DNA of 64,000 bases from an uncultured Candidatus Saccharibacteria bacterium (GTDB lineage: Bacteria > Patescibacteriota > Minisyncoccia > Phycocordibacterales > G965230995), in NCBI GenBank assembly GCA_965230995.1, contig OZ246398.1:144227-208226 (forward strand), read 5' to 3'. Of the stretch, positions 47,730-57,734 are shown in pieces (within the stretch, counting starts at the first letter, position 1; each line of letters begins with the position of its first letter). A program made the position numbers and the translations under genes. The notes beneath the pieces were generated by a model that saw nothing but the letters and a program-made list of their open reading frames with translations, had not been told where the DNA came from and searched no databases.

Positions 47730-48653
47730 GTGAAATATCTAAAATACACAATCTATATTTTGATAATCTGTGCAATAATTTTTGGCGGATGGTTTCTATA
47801 TGGAAGAAAGCAACAAGAAAATATTTACAAATCAAACTTTATTGCAATAGACACAAAAACTCTCACTACAGAAACAGACACTGATAGCGATGGACTCAAA
47901 GATTGGGAAGAGATTCTTTGGAAAACAAACCCATCTATTGCCGACACAGATGAAGACGGAACAGACGACGGGACAGAAATCAAAGACGGCAGGGACCCAA
48001 CAATAAAAGGCCCAGCTGATACATTAAAGAGAGCAGTTAGTTCTCAAACCAGTGATCTTGCAGAAAATCTTTTCGGTTTCTATCTAAACGAAAGAAAAAC
48101 AGCGGGGGATATTTTACCTGGAACAAGTGAAAAATTGGTAGCAGAAGCCCTCGCAAAAGCCTCAAAACCCAATGAATATAGCCTTATTTCAGAAAAGAAC
48201 ATTAAAACAAATTCTGATAACACAGTAGCAGGGTATAAAGAATACGGAAAAAATATAGCTACGATTATGTCCGAAGTCTCAGCCCAACCAAACGAAGTCC
48301 TAATATTAGCAAAGGCGCTAGAAATGAAAGATGAAAATGTTCTTGCCGAATTGGATCCTTCGATAAAAATGTACAGAAAAATACTTGGGGAAATAACAAA
48401 TACACCAGTACCGAGCAAACTCGCATCAAAACATTTAGATCTCATAAATACAACTATAAAAGTAGTCACTGATATCGAAGGGATAAGAGGTGTTTTCTCT
48501 GATTCTCTTTTGGCATTTTCATCAATCACTTCATATTCACAAAATATTATAAGTCTTGAAAGTTCTCTAAGGGTAATTGGATCTGCTCTAAAACAAAAAG
48601 GTGTCGAGTATTCCACAGATGAAATTGGTTATGGTCTTGTAAATGTTCTATAA
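47730..48653 (+). CDS. Membrane-anchored protein with DxDxDG Ca-binding (TSP3-like) repeats
   Basis: DTDSDGLKDWEE and DTDEDGTDDGTE; N-terminal TM. Confidence 0.75.
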   Translation: MKYLKYTIYILIICAIIFGGWFLYGRKQQENIYKSNFIAIDTKTLTTETDTDSDGLKDWEEILWKTNPSIADTDEDGTDDGTEIKDGRDPTIKGPADTLKRAVSSQTSDLAENLFGFYLNERKTAGDILPGTSEKLVAEALAKASKPNEYSLISEKNIKTNSDNTVAGYKEYGKNIATIMSEVSAQPNEVLILAKALEMKDENVLAELDPSIKMYRKILGEITNTPVPSKLASKHLDLINTTIKVVTDIEGIRGVFSDSLLAFSSITSYSQNIISLESSLRVIGSALKQKGVEYSTDEIGYGLVNVL

Positions 48654-48663
48654 TAGATAAAGG

Positions 48664-50013
48664 ATGTCAGGACGAAATCCTTACGCGTTTGGTTTTGCAA
48701 AAGCCAGCATTATTGTTGGAGTTTTCTGTTTGGTTTTTTCTCCACTTTTTCCTATGCCCGAGAAAAAAGCCGAGGCACAAATTGCATCTGCAGTTGGGAG
48801 CATAGCTGCTTGTTTCGGAATCAGTGCTCTTTTTAATATCGCAAGTGGTGCCGCTACTGTTGCTAACGCTGTTCTAGCTGTTCCCGTCAGCGATGCAGTA
48901 ACACAAATGAACACAAACCTCACACAGGGCAACACTGCAAGCTCTCTCAACAAGGAATGTTCTCTAGACACAATCGGTTTTGCTATTGCAAAAGTCATAT
49001 TGGAAGATATGGCGAATAATTTTATAAACTACATAAACAACGGCTTCGAAGGTGATCCTTTCTTTATCTCTTCACCTGGCGAATATTTCAAAGGGTTGGC
49101 TGACGAAATAGTAGGGGAATTTCTTTCACAGGCAGGTCTAGATTTTCTCTGTAAACCATTCCAACTGCAATTACGAAATGCTCTCAAAATACAATATGGT
49201 GGCGGAGGTAAAGCAAAATACAGAGAAAAAGGTTGTACTCTTACAGATATTGTCGGCAACGTCGATGGCTTTATCGAAGGTAATTTTGAAGATGGAAACT
49301 GGCTCGGCTTTATCGAAATAACACAAAATCCAAACAACAACCCCGTCGGAGCATTCCTTTCAATCCAAGGTGAAATCGACGATAGAATCGCTGCTAAATT
49401 GGGAGTTGAAAACAAATTGCTCGATTGGAATATGGGATTCTTTTCACAAAAGGTAAAGGGACCAGACGGCGTCGAGAGAATTGTCACACCAGGAAGCCAG
49501 ATAGAGAATCAGCTCGCACTGCATCTCGGAAGTGGGGTAAGACAACTTGAACTCGCAGACGAATTCAACGAAATATTGAGCGCCCTTTTCACTCAGCTTC
49601 TAAAACAGGCTTTCTCAAAAGAAGGTATAGCAGGTTATGTTAAACCAGCAGACGACACAGCGACATACGAAGAAGATATGGCTGAACTAAAAATCGAAGG
49701 TGAAGGATTGATCGAAGAAGCAAGATTCCTCGTTACAGATAATCCGGGTAGACTTTCTACAGTAGATATCGCTAACCTCGATTACTATTCAAGAGCAATA
49801 AACGACGCAATTGCAAAAAACAATAGAATCGACCTAAGCAATGCAAATGTGTTTATGGCACAAAAGATCAAAGAAATAAAAGACAGAATCGCAGAGGAAG
49901 ACGGAACACCTCCTCCACCAGAAGACAATCCTGATGATCCGCCCGAAGAAGAAGATGACCCAGGAGACATTGGTGACGCCCCAGAACAAAACCCATTTGG
50001 TGACGATGAATAA
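48664..50013 (+). CDS. Secreted/membrane hypothetical protein of the T4SS-like cluster
   Basis: Signal-like N-terminus; IVTPG..LELADEFNEI motif; acidic Pro-rich tail. Confidence 0.75.
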   Translation: MSGRNPYAFGFAKASIIVGVFCLVFSPLFPMPEKKAEAQIASAVGSIAACFGISALFNIASGAATVANAVLAVPVSDAVTQMNTNLTQGNTASSLNKECSLDTIGFAIAKVILEDMANNFINYINNGFEGDPFFISSPGEYFKGLADEIVGEFLSQAGLDFLCKPFQLQLRNALKIQYGGGGKAKYREKGCTLTDIVGNVDGFIEGNFEDGNWLGFIEITQNPNNNPVGAFLSIQGEIDDRIAAKLGVENKLLDWNMGFFSQKVKGPDGVERIVTPGSQIENQLALHLGSGVRQLELADEFNEILSALFTQLLKQAFSKEGIAGYVKPADDTATYEEDMAELKIEGEGLIEEARFLVTDNPGRLSTVDIANLDYYSRAINDAIAKNNRIDLSNANVFMAQKIKEIKDRIAEEDGTPPPPEDNPDDPPEEEDDPGDIGDAPEQNPFGDDE

Positions 50014-50016
50014 AAA

Positions 50017-52329
50017 ATGAAAAAAATATTATCCGCATTTGTAATATCAATAGTAACAGCAGTTTCATTGCTTTTGCCTTTTAGTGCAAATATTTCCGGA
50101 CACAATCTAAGCATCGGAATCGGATATCAGAGCGCTTCTGCACAAGATACAACCAATCAACCTGAACCGAGTTTTGCAGAATCAGTTGCATCATACATTA
50201 CAAAAGGATTGTCAGTATGGCTCACACAACAATTGTATGTTTTATATGCAATCTGCGCACTGCTTATGTTTATTGCTGGTTTTATATTAAACCTCGTAAT
50301 TGAACTTACAATTGTAGACCCAGAATTATTATTACCGAGAACTGTTATATCGAGCCTGTGGGTAATATTCCGCGATATTGCAAATGCTACTTTCCTTTTT
50401 GTGCTCCTTTACGGTGCCATTCAAACAATGCTTGGCCTTGCTGGTGCGGGTGTTAAAAAATTAATACTAAATGTCGTTATCGTTGCTATTGTTGTGAACT
50501 TTTCTCTCTTTGCTACCCGAGTTGCCATAGATTTTTCAAATATTTTGACTTTGGCTGTTTACAATCAAATAATGGGAAAAACAGAAAAAGCTCCATCTAA
50601 AGGTTTAAATCCTCTTACTGGTGACTTCAGTTTGAAGAACGCAGAATCAAAAATGGCAGAGATGGCACAGGAGCTCGGTGGTGGACTCTCAGGAAAATTT
50701 ATAAGTGCAACTGGTCTCCTAAAATCATTAACACTATCTGTGGATCTCAAAGCAGATATTGCGAACTTCGTTACAATACCAGTAAAAATCGTGGTTTACA
50801 GTATCTTCCTCCTTATCTCTGCAGCAATGCTGTTTTCAGTGTCGGTAGTATTTTTGATTAGATTCGTGGTAGTTGTATTTTTGATGGTCTTATCACCGAT
50901 AGCGTTTGTCGGTTTTATACTGCCTTCGCTCAGAAGTAAACTGACCAGCAAATGGACGGATTATCTAATGAACGCAATGTTCTTTCCGCCTTTGTTTTTC
51001 CTTTTAACGTATTTGTCGCTAAAGATAATTGATGGTCTGAACAAAAGCTGGACTGTAGGTTCAAGTAATAATTTTGCAATAGAAATTGTTTCTATCGGTT
51101 TTTCACTATTTATATCAGGATTCTTTTTGATGACACCCCTACTAGCGGCTACTATATTTAGCGCAAAGGGAACCGAATTTATGAGTAGCTTTACAAAAGG
51201 AGTGAGTGGAAAGATAAAAGGTTTTGCAGGACAAGGAGCAAATATTGCTTCAAGGAATACTCTTGGAAGAGGTGGAAGATGGATGGAATCTAAATTTAAA
51301 GATTCAAAGTTTATGAATCTAGCCCCAATGAGAGACCTACGTGCTGCCACAACACAAAGATTAGAGGGTATAAAATTTGGCGGTGGAAGATCTCTTGAAG
51401 AAGCTGAAAAAGAAAGCCGAACGACTGCAAAATTACAATCAGAAATTAACGACAGAAGCAAATTTGCAAGCAATCAAGCAAATTATGCTAATGCGAAGGC
51501 AGAATACGATAGAATCGACAGAATGCCAGATAAGACAGACGCAGAAAAAGCAGCAAAAGAAAGCGCATTTGAGACGTTCAGAGGTACGGACAACGCAAAA
51601 ATTCTACGAGAGACAAGAGAATATGTTGAAGGTTGGGGAGCAAATGATATCAAGGATAACAAAGATGATATTAAAAGAAATAGCGCCGACGAAGCCATTC
51701 ACATTAAAGACTCCGCTCTCGAGGCTTACGCCAAAACAGACGACCCAGAAGCAAAAAGTTTTGTTGACGAAATTTACAAAAAGAAACTACAGAATCTACG
51801 GACCGTCCTTGGTACTCCAGGGGTTACTTCGGACAACATAAAGAAAGCAGTCTCTGGTTTGTCAAACGAAGCATTAAAACGTTTGGAATTCAATGAATTG
51901 CGTACGATAATGACAAAAGCAGGAGGGGCAATCAAAGGGGAAAAACTAAAAGATATAACGAAGTCACTCCCTCCTGAAGACAAAAAATTACTCCAGGCAG
52001 ATCGTGAAAAACATTTTAAAGAAGAGGCGGTAAAGGCCAACGGAAAGGCGGTAGCTTCTGGAATTGATGTTAGTGAGATTGAAAATTTTAGTGATAACTT
52101 CTTGGAAAGTAACGAGATTGTTCCGTACCTTTCACCCGCAATGCTTCAGAGGCTCGTTAATGAAAAAAACACAACTAACTTTCTAGAAATTGGTAAAATA
52201 CTAGTAGGCATTGACAGCGGGACAATACCACCAACTCCGATGGATACAGCTGGGGCAGCAAAAGCTGGGGCAGCAAAACTTCTTAAGTTTTTGAGAGGTA
52301 AACCGGTAGGTGGAACATTTGGATTATAA
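50017..52329 (+). CDS. VirB6/TrbL-like polytopic membrane protein with long soluble C-terminus
   Basis: WVIFRDIAN, IVVNFSLFATRVAID and LSPIAFVGFILP; upstream of prgI/virB4-like genes. Confidence 0.7.
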   Translation: MKKILSAFVISIVTAVSLLLPFSANISGHNLSIGIGYQSASAQDTTNQPEPSFAESVASYITKGLSVWLTQQLYVLYAICALLMFIAGFILNLVIELTIVDPELLLPRTVISSLWVIFRDIANATFLFVLLYGAIQTMLGLAGAGVKKLILNVVIVAIVVNFSLFATRVAIDFSNILTLAVYNQIMGKTEKAPSKGLNPLTGDFSLKNAESKMAEMAQELGGGLSGKFISATGLLKSLTLSVDLKADIANFVTIPVKIVVYSIFLLISAAMLFSVSVVFLIRFVVVVFLMVLSPIAFVGFILPSLRSKLTSKWTDYLMNAMFFPPLFFLLTYLSLKIIDGLNKSWTVGSSNNFAIEIVSIGFSLFISGFFLMTPLLAATIFSAKGTEFMSSFTKGVSGKIKGFAGQGANIASRNTLGRGGRWMESKFKDSKFMNLAPMRDLRAATTQRLEGIKFGGGRSLEEAEKESRTTAKLQSEINDRSKFASNQANYANAKAEYDRIDRMPDKTDAEKAAKESAFETFRGTDNAKILRETREYVEGWGANDIKDNKDDIKRNSADEAIHIKDSALEAYAKTDDPEAKSFVDEIYKKKLQNLRTVLGTPGVTSDNIKKAVSGLSNEALKRLEFNELRTIMTKAGGAIKGEKLKDITKSLPPEDKKLLQADREKHFKEEAVKANGKAVASGIDVSEIENFSDNFLESNEIVPYLSPAMLQRLVNEKNTTNFLEIGKILVGIDSGTIPPTPMDTAGAAKAGAAKLLKFLRGKPVGGTFGL

Positions 52330-52331
52330 AA

Positions 52332-53165
52332 ATGAAAAACATTCCAAAAGATTTATTGAAAAAAATTACGTCCGATGAAACAAATTCATTTATAGATGAA
52401 ATGATAGTTTCAAATGGCTTTACCGAAGAGCAAGGATCTGCTCTCGGTAATGAAACTGGTAGATACATGTTAGGAAAAACAAAATCTGATCGTTTTGTTC
52501 CTAATTTGATGTATAGAATGGATATAAACAGAACTACGGCAGAAGCAATAAAAGAAAAAATAGATCAGGAGCTTGTCGCGCCAGTACGGGCTTCATTTGA
52601 ATTTGCTCAAGCAAATGATTTATTTTCTGAAAACACCAATGAAGTCAAAGTGTCTGTTTCAAATCAAAATACAGAAGAAGACAATGGGGGAGTCGATATA
52701 ATGAAAGAATCTCCAGAAAAACAAGAGAGCACTGAAACTAATCCTAAAAAGGAACAGATAGTAAGCGATATAGAAAACCCTCTACACAAACAAGAATCTG
52801 CCACAGCAAAAGAAAATGATTCATATTCTAACTACACACCACTTAATGTAATTAAGGACGATGTCTTGAAGGGAATAGAAGACCCTGTAAAAGAGACCCC
52901 GCCAGCACCAGAAGAAAGCGAGGCAACAGAACTTGATTTGGAACTGGATGCCATATTAAAAAAACCTAGAGTATCAAGCCAAATCGAGCCAGATTTACCA
53001 ACAGAAAACCCTCGGGATATTCCAAAATTTACTGAAAGCCACACACAAACACCGCCCGTAACAGCATCAAAAAATCCTGAACAAAAAAGACCAGCAATTG
53101 ATATTAGACCATCGTCTGGTTCAGCTTATAAAAGTGGGGACCCGTACAGAGAACCAATAGAATAG
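52332..53165 (+). CDS. Hypothetical protein with low-complexity linker and C-terminal DPYREPIE
   Basis: 277-aa ORF in operon. Confidence 0.75.
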   Translation: MKNIPKDLLKKITSDETNSFIDEMIVSNGFTEEQGSALGNETGRYMLGKTKSDRFVPNLMYRMDINRTTAEAIKEKIDQELVAPVRASFEFAQANDLFSENTNEVKVSVSNQNTEEDNGGVDIMKESPEKQESTETNPKKEQIVSDIENPLHKQESATAKENDSYSNYTPLNVIKDDVLKGIEDPVKETPPAPEESEATELDLELDAILKKPRVSSQIEPDLPTENPRDIPKFTESHTQTPPVTASKNPEQKRPAIDIRPSSGSAYKSGDPYREPIE

Positions 53166-53202
53166 ATTTCGTGTTTTTTGATTTAGGTTCTATACTATAT
53201 GT

Positions 53203-53631
53203 ATGCAATTTCAAGTTCCTCAATATATAGAAGAAGATGACAAAATATTTTGGATGCTTTCTTTCAAACAAGCAATTTATATTGCCGGCGGTTTGGGTAT
53301 ATCTTTTGTAATCTACTACTTTTTAGGTTCACTATTATTTTCAATTCCTTTTATTGTACCGGTTCTTGTATTATCAGGATTACTAGCTTTCTACAGACAT
53401 AACAATAGACCCTTTATTTTCCTACTGGAAGCAATGTTCTACTATATGCTTAGCGACAAATTGTTCATCTGGAAAAAGATTCCAAAATATAATAATGAAA
53501 AAAGTACAGAAAAAGTAGAAAAAACAACAGACGAATTATCTATACCACGAGTAACCCAAGGTAACATCCATAATCTTTCTTGGAAACTGGATATGAATAT
53601 CGATGAAAAAAATGTGGATAAGCGAATATGA
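53203..53631 (+). CDS. PrgI family protein (VirB3-like)
   Basis: MQFQVPQYIEEDDKI..LSFKQ; two TM segments. Confidence 0.8.
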   Translation: MQFQVPQYIEEDDKIFWMLSFKQAIYIAGGLGISFVIYYFLGSLLFSIPFIVPVLVLSGLLAFYRHNNRPFIFLLEAMFYYMLSDKLFIWKKIPKYNNEKSTEKVEKTTDELSIPRVTQGNIHNLSWKLDMNIDEKNVDKRI

Positions 53632-53643
53632 TATAATTAACTC

Positions 53644-54273
53644 ATGGCAATATCTTCAAAAACAGCACAAGAATTTGTACCGATAAAAGAAATCCGAAAC
53701 GAAACTGTCATAATGAAAGACGGATCTCTTCGTGGCGTTGTTTTGTGTTCTTCAATAAACTTTGCCCTCAAATCCGAGGATGAAAGAATGGCTGTTTTGG
53801 CGCAGTTTCAAAACTTTCTGAACTCACTCGATTTTGAAGTCCAGATATCAGTACAATCGAGAAAACTTGATATAAAATCATATCTTTCATTACTTGAAAC
53901 AAGAGAGGGGCAACAGATTAATGACCTGATGAGGATACAATTGAAAGAATATGTTGCTTTCATAAAGGATCTCACCGAAAAGATAAACATAATGACAAAG
54001 AATTTCTTTATTGTCGTTACATACAAACCATCAATCACAAGCGGGGAATCGGGGGTAGGAATACTAAAATTCGGTAAAAAACAAAGCGCCGAAGAAAAAA
54101 ATCAAACATTCGGAGAATCAAAATCACAGCTCGACGAAAGAATATCATTCGTGATGCAGGGTATTACCAGAACTGGAGTACGTGCAGAAAGACTTGGAAC
54201 CGAAGAGTTAATAGAATTGTATTATAGAACATTTAACCCAGGGGATACACAAGACCCTGCCAGAGCAATGTAA
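53644..54273 (+). CDS. VirB4/TraC N-terminal-like accessory protein
   Basis: SINFALKSEDE..FQNFLNSLDF; directly upstream of the VirB4 ATPase. Confidence 0.7.
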   Translation: MAISSKTAQEFVPIKEIRNETVIMKDGSLRGVVLCSSINFALKSEDERMAVLAQFQNFLNSLDFEVQISVQSRKLDIKSYLSLLETREGQQINDLMRIQLKEYVAFIKDLTEKINIMTKNFFIVVTYKPSITSGESGVGILKFGKKQSAEEKNQTFGESKSQLDERISFVMQGITRTGVRAERLGTEELIELYYRTFNPGDTQDPARAM

Positions 54274-54274
54274 T

Positions 54275-56080
54275 ATGTCTTTATTAGATTTTTTCAAAAA
54301 AAATAAAACGACAACAGAACCCGTTTTGCCACAGGATATTTATGATGCGTCTGTTTTGGAATTGCAGGATGTCATTGCCCCAAGCGCACTCAAAATAAAT
54401 TCAAAAGAGACAATGATTTCTGGGATGATGGTTAGATCATATTTTGTCGTTTCATATCCTAGATTTGTTGGGGAAGACTGGCTTTCTCCTATTGTAAACC
54501 TAGACAAAGTATTTGATATTTCAATTTTTGTACATCCAATAGATACTTCTGTTATTCTAAAAAAATTCCAGAAAAAAGTAGCTGAAGTAGAAAGCCAAAT
54601 AAATGAACGCCAAGAAAAAGGACTCGTTAGAGATCCAAAACTAGAAATTGCATATCAAGACCTCGAAAATCTTAGAGATCAATTACAGCAAGCATCAGAA
54701 AAAATGTTTGATGTTGGTTTGTACATTTCTTTGTACGGAAAAGACGAAGCAGAAATAGATAAAGTAGAATTGGAAATAAAATCAATTTTGGAATCAAAAC
54801 TTATCTATGTTAAACCTGCTCTATTCCAACAAAAAGAGGGTTTTCTTTCTATGATTCCAACTGCTGACGATGCCTTGATGGTGCATACAAAAATGAATTC
54901 CTCTCCACTCTCGAGCACCTTTCCTTTTGTATCGTTTGACCTCACGTCTGATAGGGGAATATTGTATGGACTAAACAGACATAATTCAGGTCTTATACTT
55001 TTTGATAGATACTCGCTTGAAAACTACAATTCTATTACTTTTGCAAAATCTGGTTCAGGAAAATCTTATGCAACAAAACTAGAAATCCTTCGAACTTTGA
55101 TGTTTGATACCGAGGTTATAGTAGTTGACCCAGAAAAAGAATATCAGTACCTCGCCGAAGCAGTGGGGGGCAGATTCTTTAATATTTCTCTTAACTCTGA
55201 ACACCACATAAATCCATTTGAATTACCAACTCCAGGAGAAGACGAATCGGCAGAAAGCGTTCTTCGTTCAAACATCATAAACCTTGTTGGTTTGTTTAGA
55301 ATTATGCTTGGTGGTCTTTCTCCAGAAGAAGACGCAATAATCGACCAAGCCATAATGCAAACTTATGCATTAAAAGACATTACACCTGATTCAGATTTCA
55401 GAAATATCGAACCTCCACTTATGTCAGACTTTGAATTGGTGCTCTCTGGTATGCAAGGCGGAGAATCTCTCGCACAGAGACTCACAAAATATACAAAGGG
55501 TACTTGGGCTGGGTTCATAAACCAACCATCAAATATTGATATGAACAAAAAGCTTGTTGTATTTTCACTTCGAGATATGGAGGACGAGCTAAAGCCTATT
55601 GCAATGTATATTATTATGCATTACATCTGGAACACAGTCAGAAAGGATATCAAAAAGAGACTTCTTGTTATTGATGAAGCGTGGTGGATGATGAAATCCG
55701 AAGACACCGCATCATTTTTGATGGGACTTGTTAAAAGAGGGCGAAAATATTATCTTGGTGTATCTACAATCACACAAGACGTCGAAGACTTTTTGCGATC
55801 ACCATATGGAAAACCTATTATCACAAACTCTTCAATACAAGTCTTACTCAAACAATCTCCGTCAGCTGCCGACGTTCTACAAAATGTTTTTAATCTAACA
55901 GATGAAGAAAAATACACATTGCTTGAATCTGGAGTAGGAGAGGGGATTTTCTTTGCTGGAATAAAACACGCAGCTATAAAAGTCTATGCTTCTTATACAG
56001 AAGACCAGATTATTACATCTGACCCATCACAGTTACTTGCTATAAAAAAAGCAAAAGAAGAATTAAGAAATAGCCTTTAA
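54275..56080 (+). CDS. VirB4-like ATPase
   Basis: Walker A AKSGSGKS, VDPEKEY, INPF, Walker B LVIDEAW, RGRKY and ITQD. Confidence 0.88.
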   Translation: MSLLDFFKKNKTTTEPVLPQDIYDASVLELQDVIAPSALKINSKETMISGMMVRSYFVVSYPRFVGEDWLSPIVNLDKVFDISIFVHPIDTSVILKKFQKKVAEVESQINERQEKGLVRDPKLEIAYQDLENLRDQLQQASEKMFDVGLYISLYGKDEAEIDKVELEIKSILESKLIYVKPALFQQKEGFLSMIPTADDALMVHTKMNSSPLSSTFPFVSFDLTSDRGILYGLNRHNSGLILFDRYSLENYNSITFAKSGSGKSYATKLEILRTLMFDTEVIVVDPEKEYQYLAEAVGGRFFNISLNSEHHINPFELPTPGEDESAESVLRSNIINLVGLFRIMLGGLSPEEDAIIDQAIMQTYALKDITPDSDFRNIEPPLMSDFELVLSGMQGGESLAQRLTKYTKGTWAGFINQPSNIDMNKKLVVFSLRDMEDELKPIAMYIIMHYIWNTVRKDIKKRLLVIDEAWWMMKSEDTASFLMGLVKRGRKYYLGVSTITQDVEDFLRSPYGKPIITNSSIQVLLKQSPSAADVLQNVFNLTDEEKYTLLESGVGEGIFFAGIKHAAIKVYASYTEDQIITSDPSQLLAIKKAKEELRNSL

Positions 56081-56082
56081 TT

Positions 56083-56694
56083 ATGGCTGAAAATACAGAC
56101 ATCGAGGTAATACCAAAAAGGTCTGAGCAAGAACCAGGCATAGAAAGAGTTCCTAAAAGACCGCCGAGAATAAAGACTTGGGTTTTTTGTGCAATGCTCA
56201 TTGTCGCAATCATACTTGATTTAGTTAGCCTCATTCCAGCAGCAAATGACATTACGCTCGTAATTGCCGGTATTCTTTTTGGATTATGGTGGTGGAAACT
56301 CGGACTTGGTTTCCTTAATTTAAAGAAAATAATCACATACTCTCTTTCTGTAATAGTCGAAGCTGTCCCTATTTTGGCCGTTTTGCCCGCTGTTACACTG
56401 GCTGTTGTCGTAACCTTTGTTATTTCTAGGGGAGAAGATAAATTGGGCATTAGCATTATGCCTGGAAAATTTGGCATAGACGCAGGAAAAAATCCAAAAA
56501 GAATTGGCTTAAAAGAGAGATTCAACTCACTTAAAAAAGAAACTAAATGGACCGAGGACGAGAAAAAAATCTTTAAAAGAAAAGATGATACAGCAAGAAA
56601 AGATAAGAACCCACTAGCCTTTGTACCAGGGGAGTATTCAAAAGAAACTGGTTCGCTCGAGGACACAGACAAAGAATACGATATTGACGAATAG
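56083..56694 (+). CDS. Hypothetical membrane protein
   Basis: Three hydrophobic segments; VEAVPIL..LP. Confidence 0.7.
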   Translation: MAENTDIEVIPKRSEQEPGIERVPKRPPRIKTWVFCAMLIVAIILDLVSLIPAANDITLVIAGILFGLWWWKLGLGFLNLKKIITYSLSVIVEAVPILAVLPAVTLAVVVTFVISRGEDKLGISIMPGKFGIDAGKNPKRIGLKERFNSLKKETKWTEDEKKIFKRKDDTARKDKNPLAFVPGEYSKETGSLEDTDKEYDIDE

Positions 56695-56747
56695 TTTTTA
56701 TTCACACCCCGCTTTAATAATTAGTACTAAAAGGCTATAATGTAGTT

Positions 56748-57734
56748 ATGCAAAGAATCTTTTTCTTTTTATCCTTGTTCTTGTTATTTTTTGTTTTTGC
56801 ATCTAATACAAAAGCTCAGAGCAATGCTGTCACTCCTTTTGATATTAAAAACGAAACTAACATTTATGTTTCTCCACAAAACCCTCAGAAAGGCCAAGAT
56901 TTTGAAGTATCCATTGAAAGCTATTCGCTCAACTTGGACGCCTCGACAATATCTTTTTATGCAAATGATGTTTTAATCCAAAAAGAACTTGGAAATAAAA
57001 AGGCTATAATACCAAACAAAAGCACAGTAACTGTTGTGAGGATTTTGATTGAAACATCGCAAGGAAATTTTATAGAAAAAGAAAAAATAGTTTATTCAAA
57101 TTCACTTTCATTAGTCTGGAATGCACAGACAACTGTACCGCCTTTTTACAAAGGCAAAGCTCTTCTTTCAGACGGATCAGAAGTCATAATATCAGCAATT
57201 ACAGAAATCACAGACGAAAACAACAAACAAATTCCACAGGAGCTTTTGATTTTTACATGGAAAGTCAACGGAAAAACAAAATTGGATTTATCGGGAATAG
57301 GAAAGAGTGAAATCGTGATAAGTGATGTTGTGGTAGATGATAAATACAAAATATTTGTAACTGCTGAATCTCGAGATCAAAAATATACTGCCACAAATTA
57401 TCTTGAAATTTCTTTTAGCAACCCAAAGGTTTTGCTTTACGAAACAGACCCTCTCTTTGGACCCTCAAGCTATGCTCTGTCTAATTCTAAAACTACAAAA
57501 AACGAATTGGGAGTAGTTGCTGTCCCTTTCTTTTTCAAAAAAGGAGCGCAAGATAATGTTGTATCTTTTACATGGAGAGTCAACGGCGAAACAGCAAAGA
57601 CAAAGTCGAACCGAATATCGCTACGAAACGAAAAGGGAGGGGAGGGCTATATTGAAATATCAATCCTAGCCGAGAGTCTTCTCGATAAATTTCAAAGATT
57701 CAGTAAAAAAATAACGCTCGAAGCAATAAAATGA
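56748..57734 (+). CDS. Secreted protein with Ig/PKD-like domains
   Basis: Signal peptide; VPPFYKGKAL; FTWKVNG/FTWRVNG repeats. Confidence 0.75.
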   Translation: MQRIFFFLSLFLLFFVFASNTKAQSNAVTPFDIKNETNIYVSPQNPQKGQDFEVSIESYSLNLDASTISFYANDVLIQKELGNKKAIIPNKSTVTVVRILIETSQGNFIEKEKIVYSNSLSLVWNAQTTVPPFYKGKALLSDGSEVIISAITEITDENNKQIPQELLIFTWKVNGKTKLDLSGIGKSEIVISDVVVDDKYKIFVTAESRDQKYTATNYLEISFSNPKVLLYETDPLFGPSSYALSNSKTTKNELGVVAVPFFFKKGAQDNVVSFTWRVNGETAKTKSNRISLRNEKGGEGYIEISILAESLLDKFQRFSKKITLEAIK

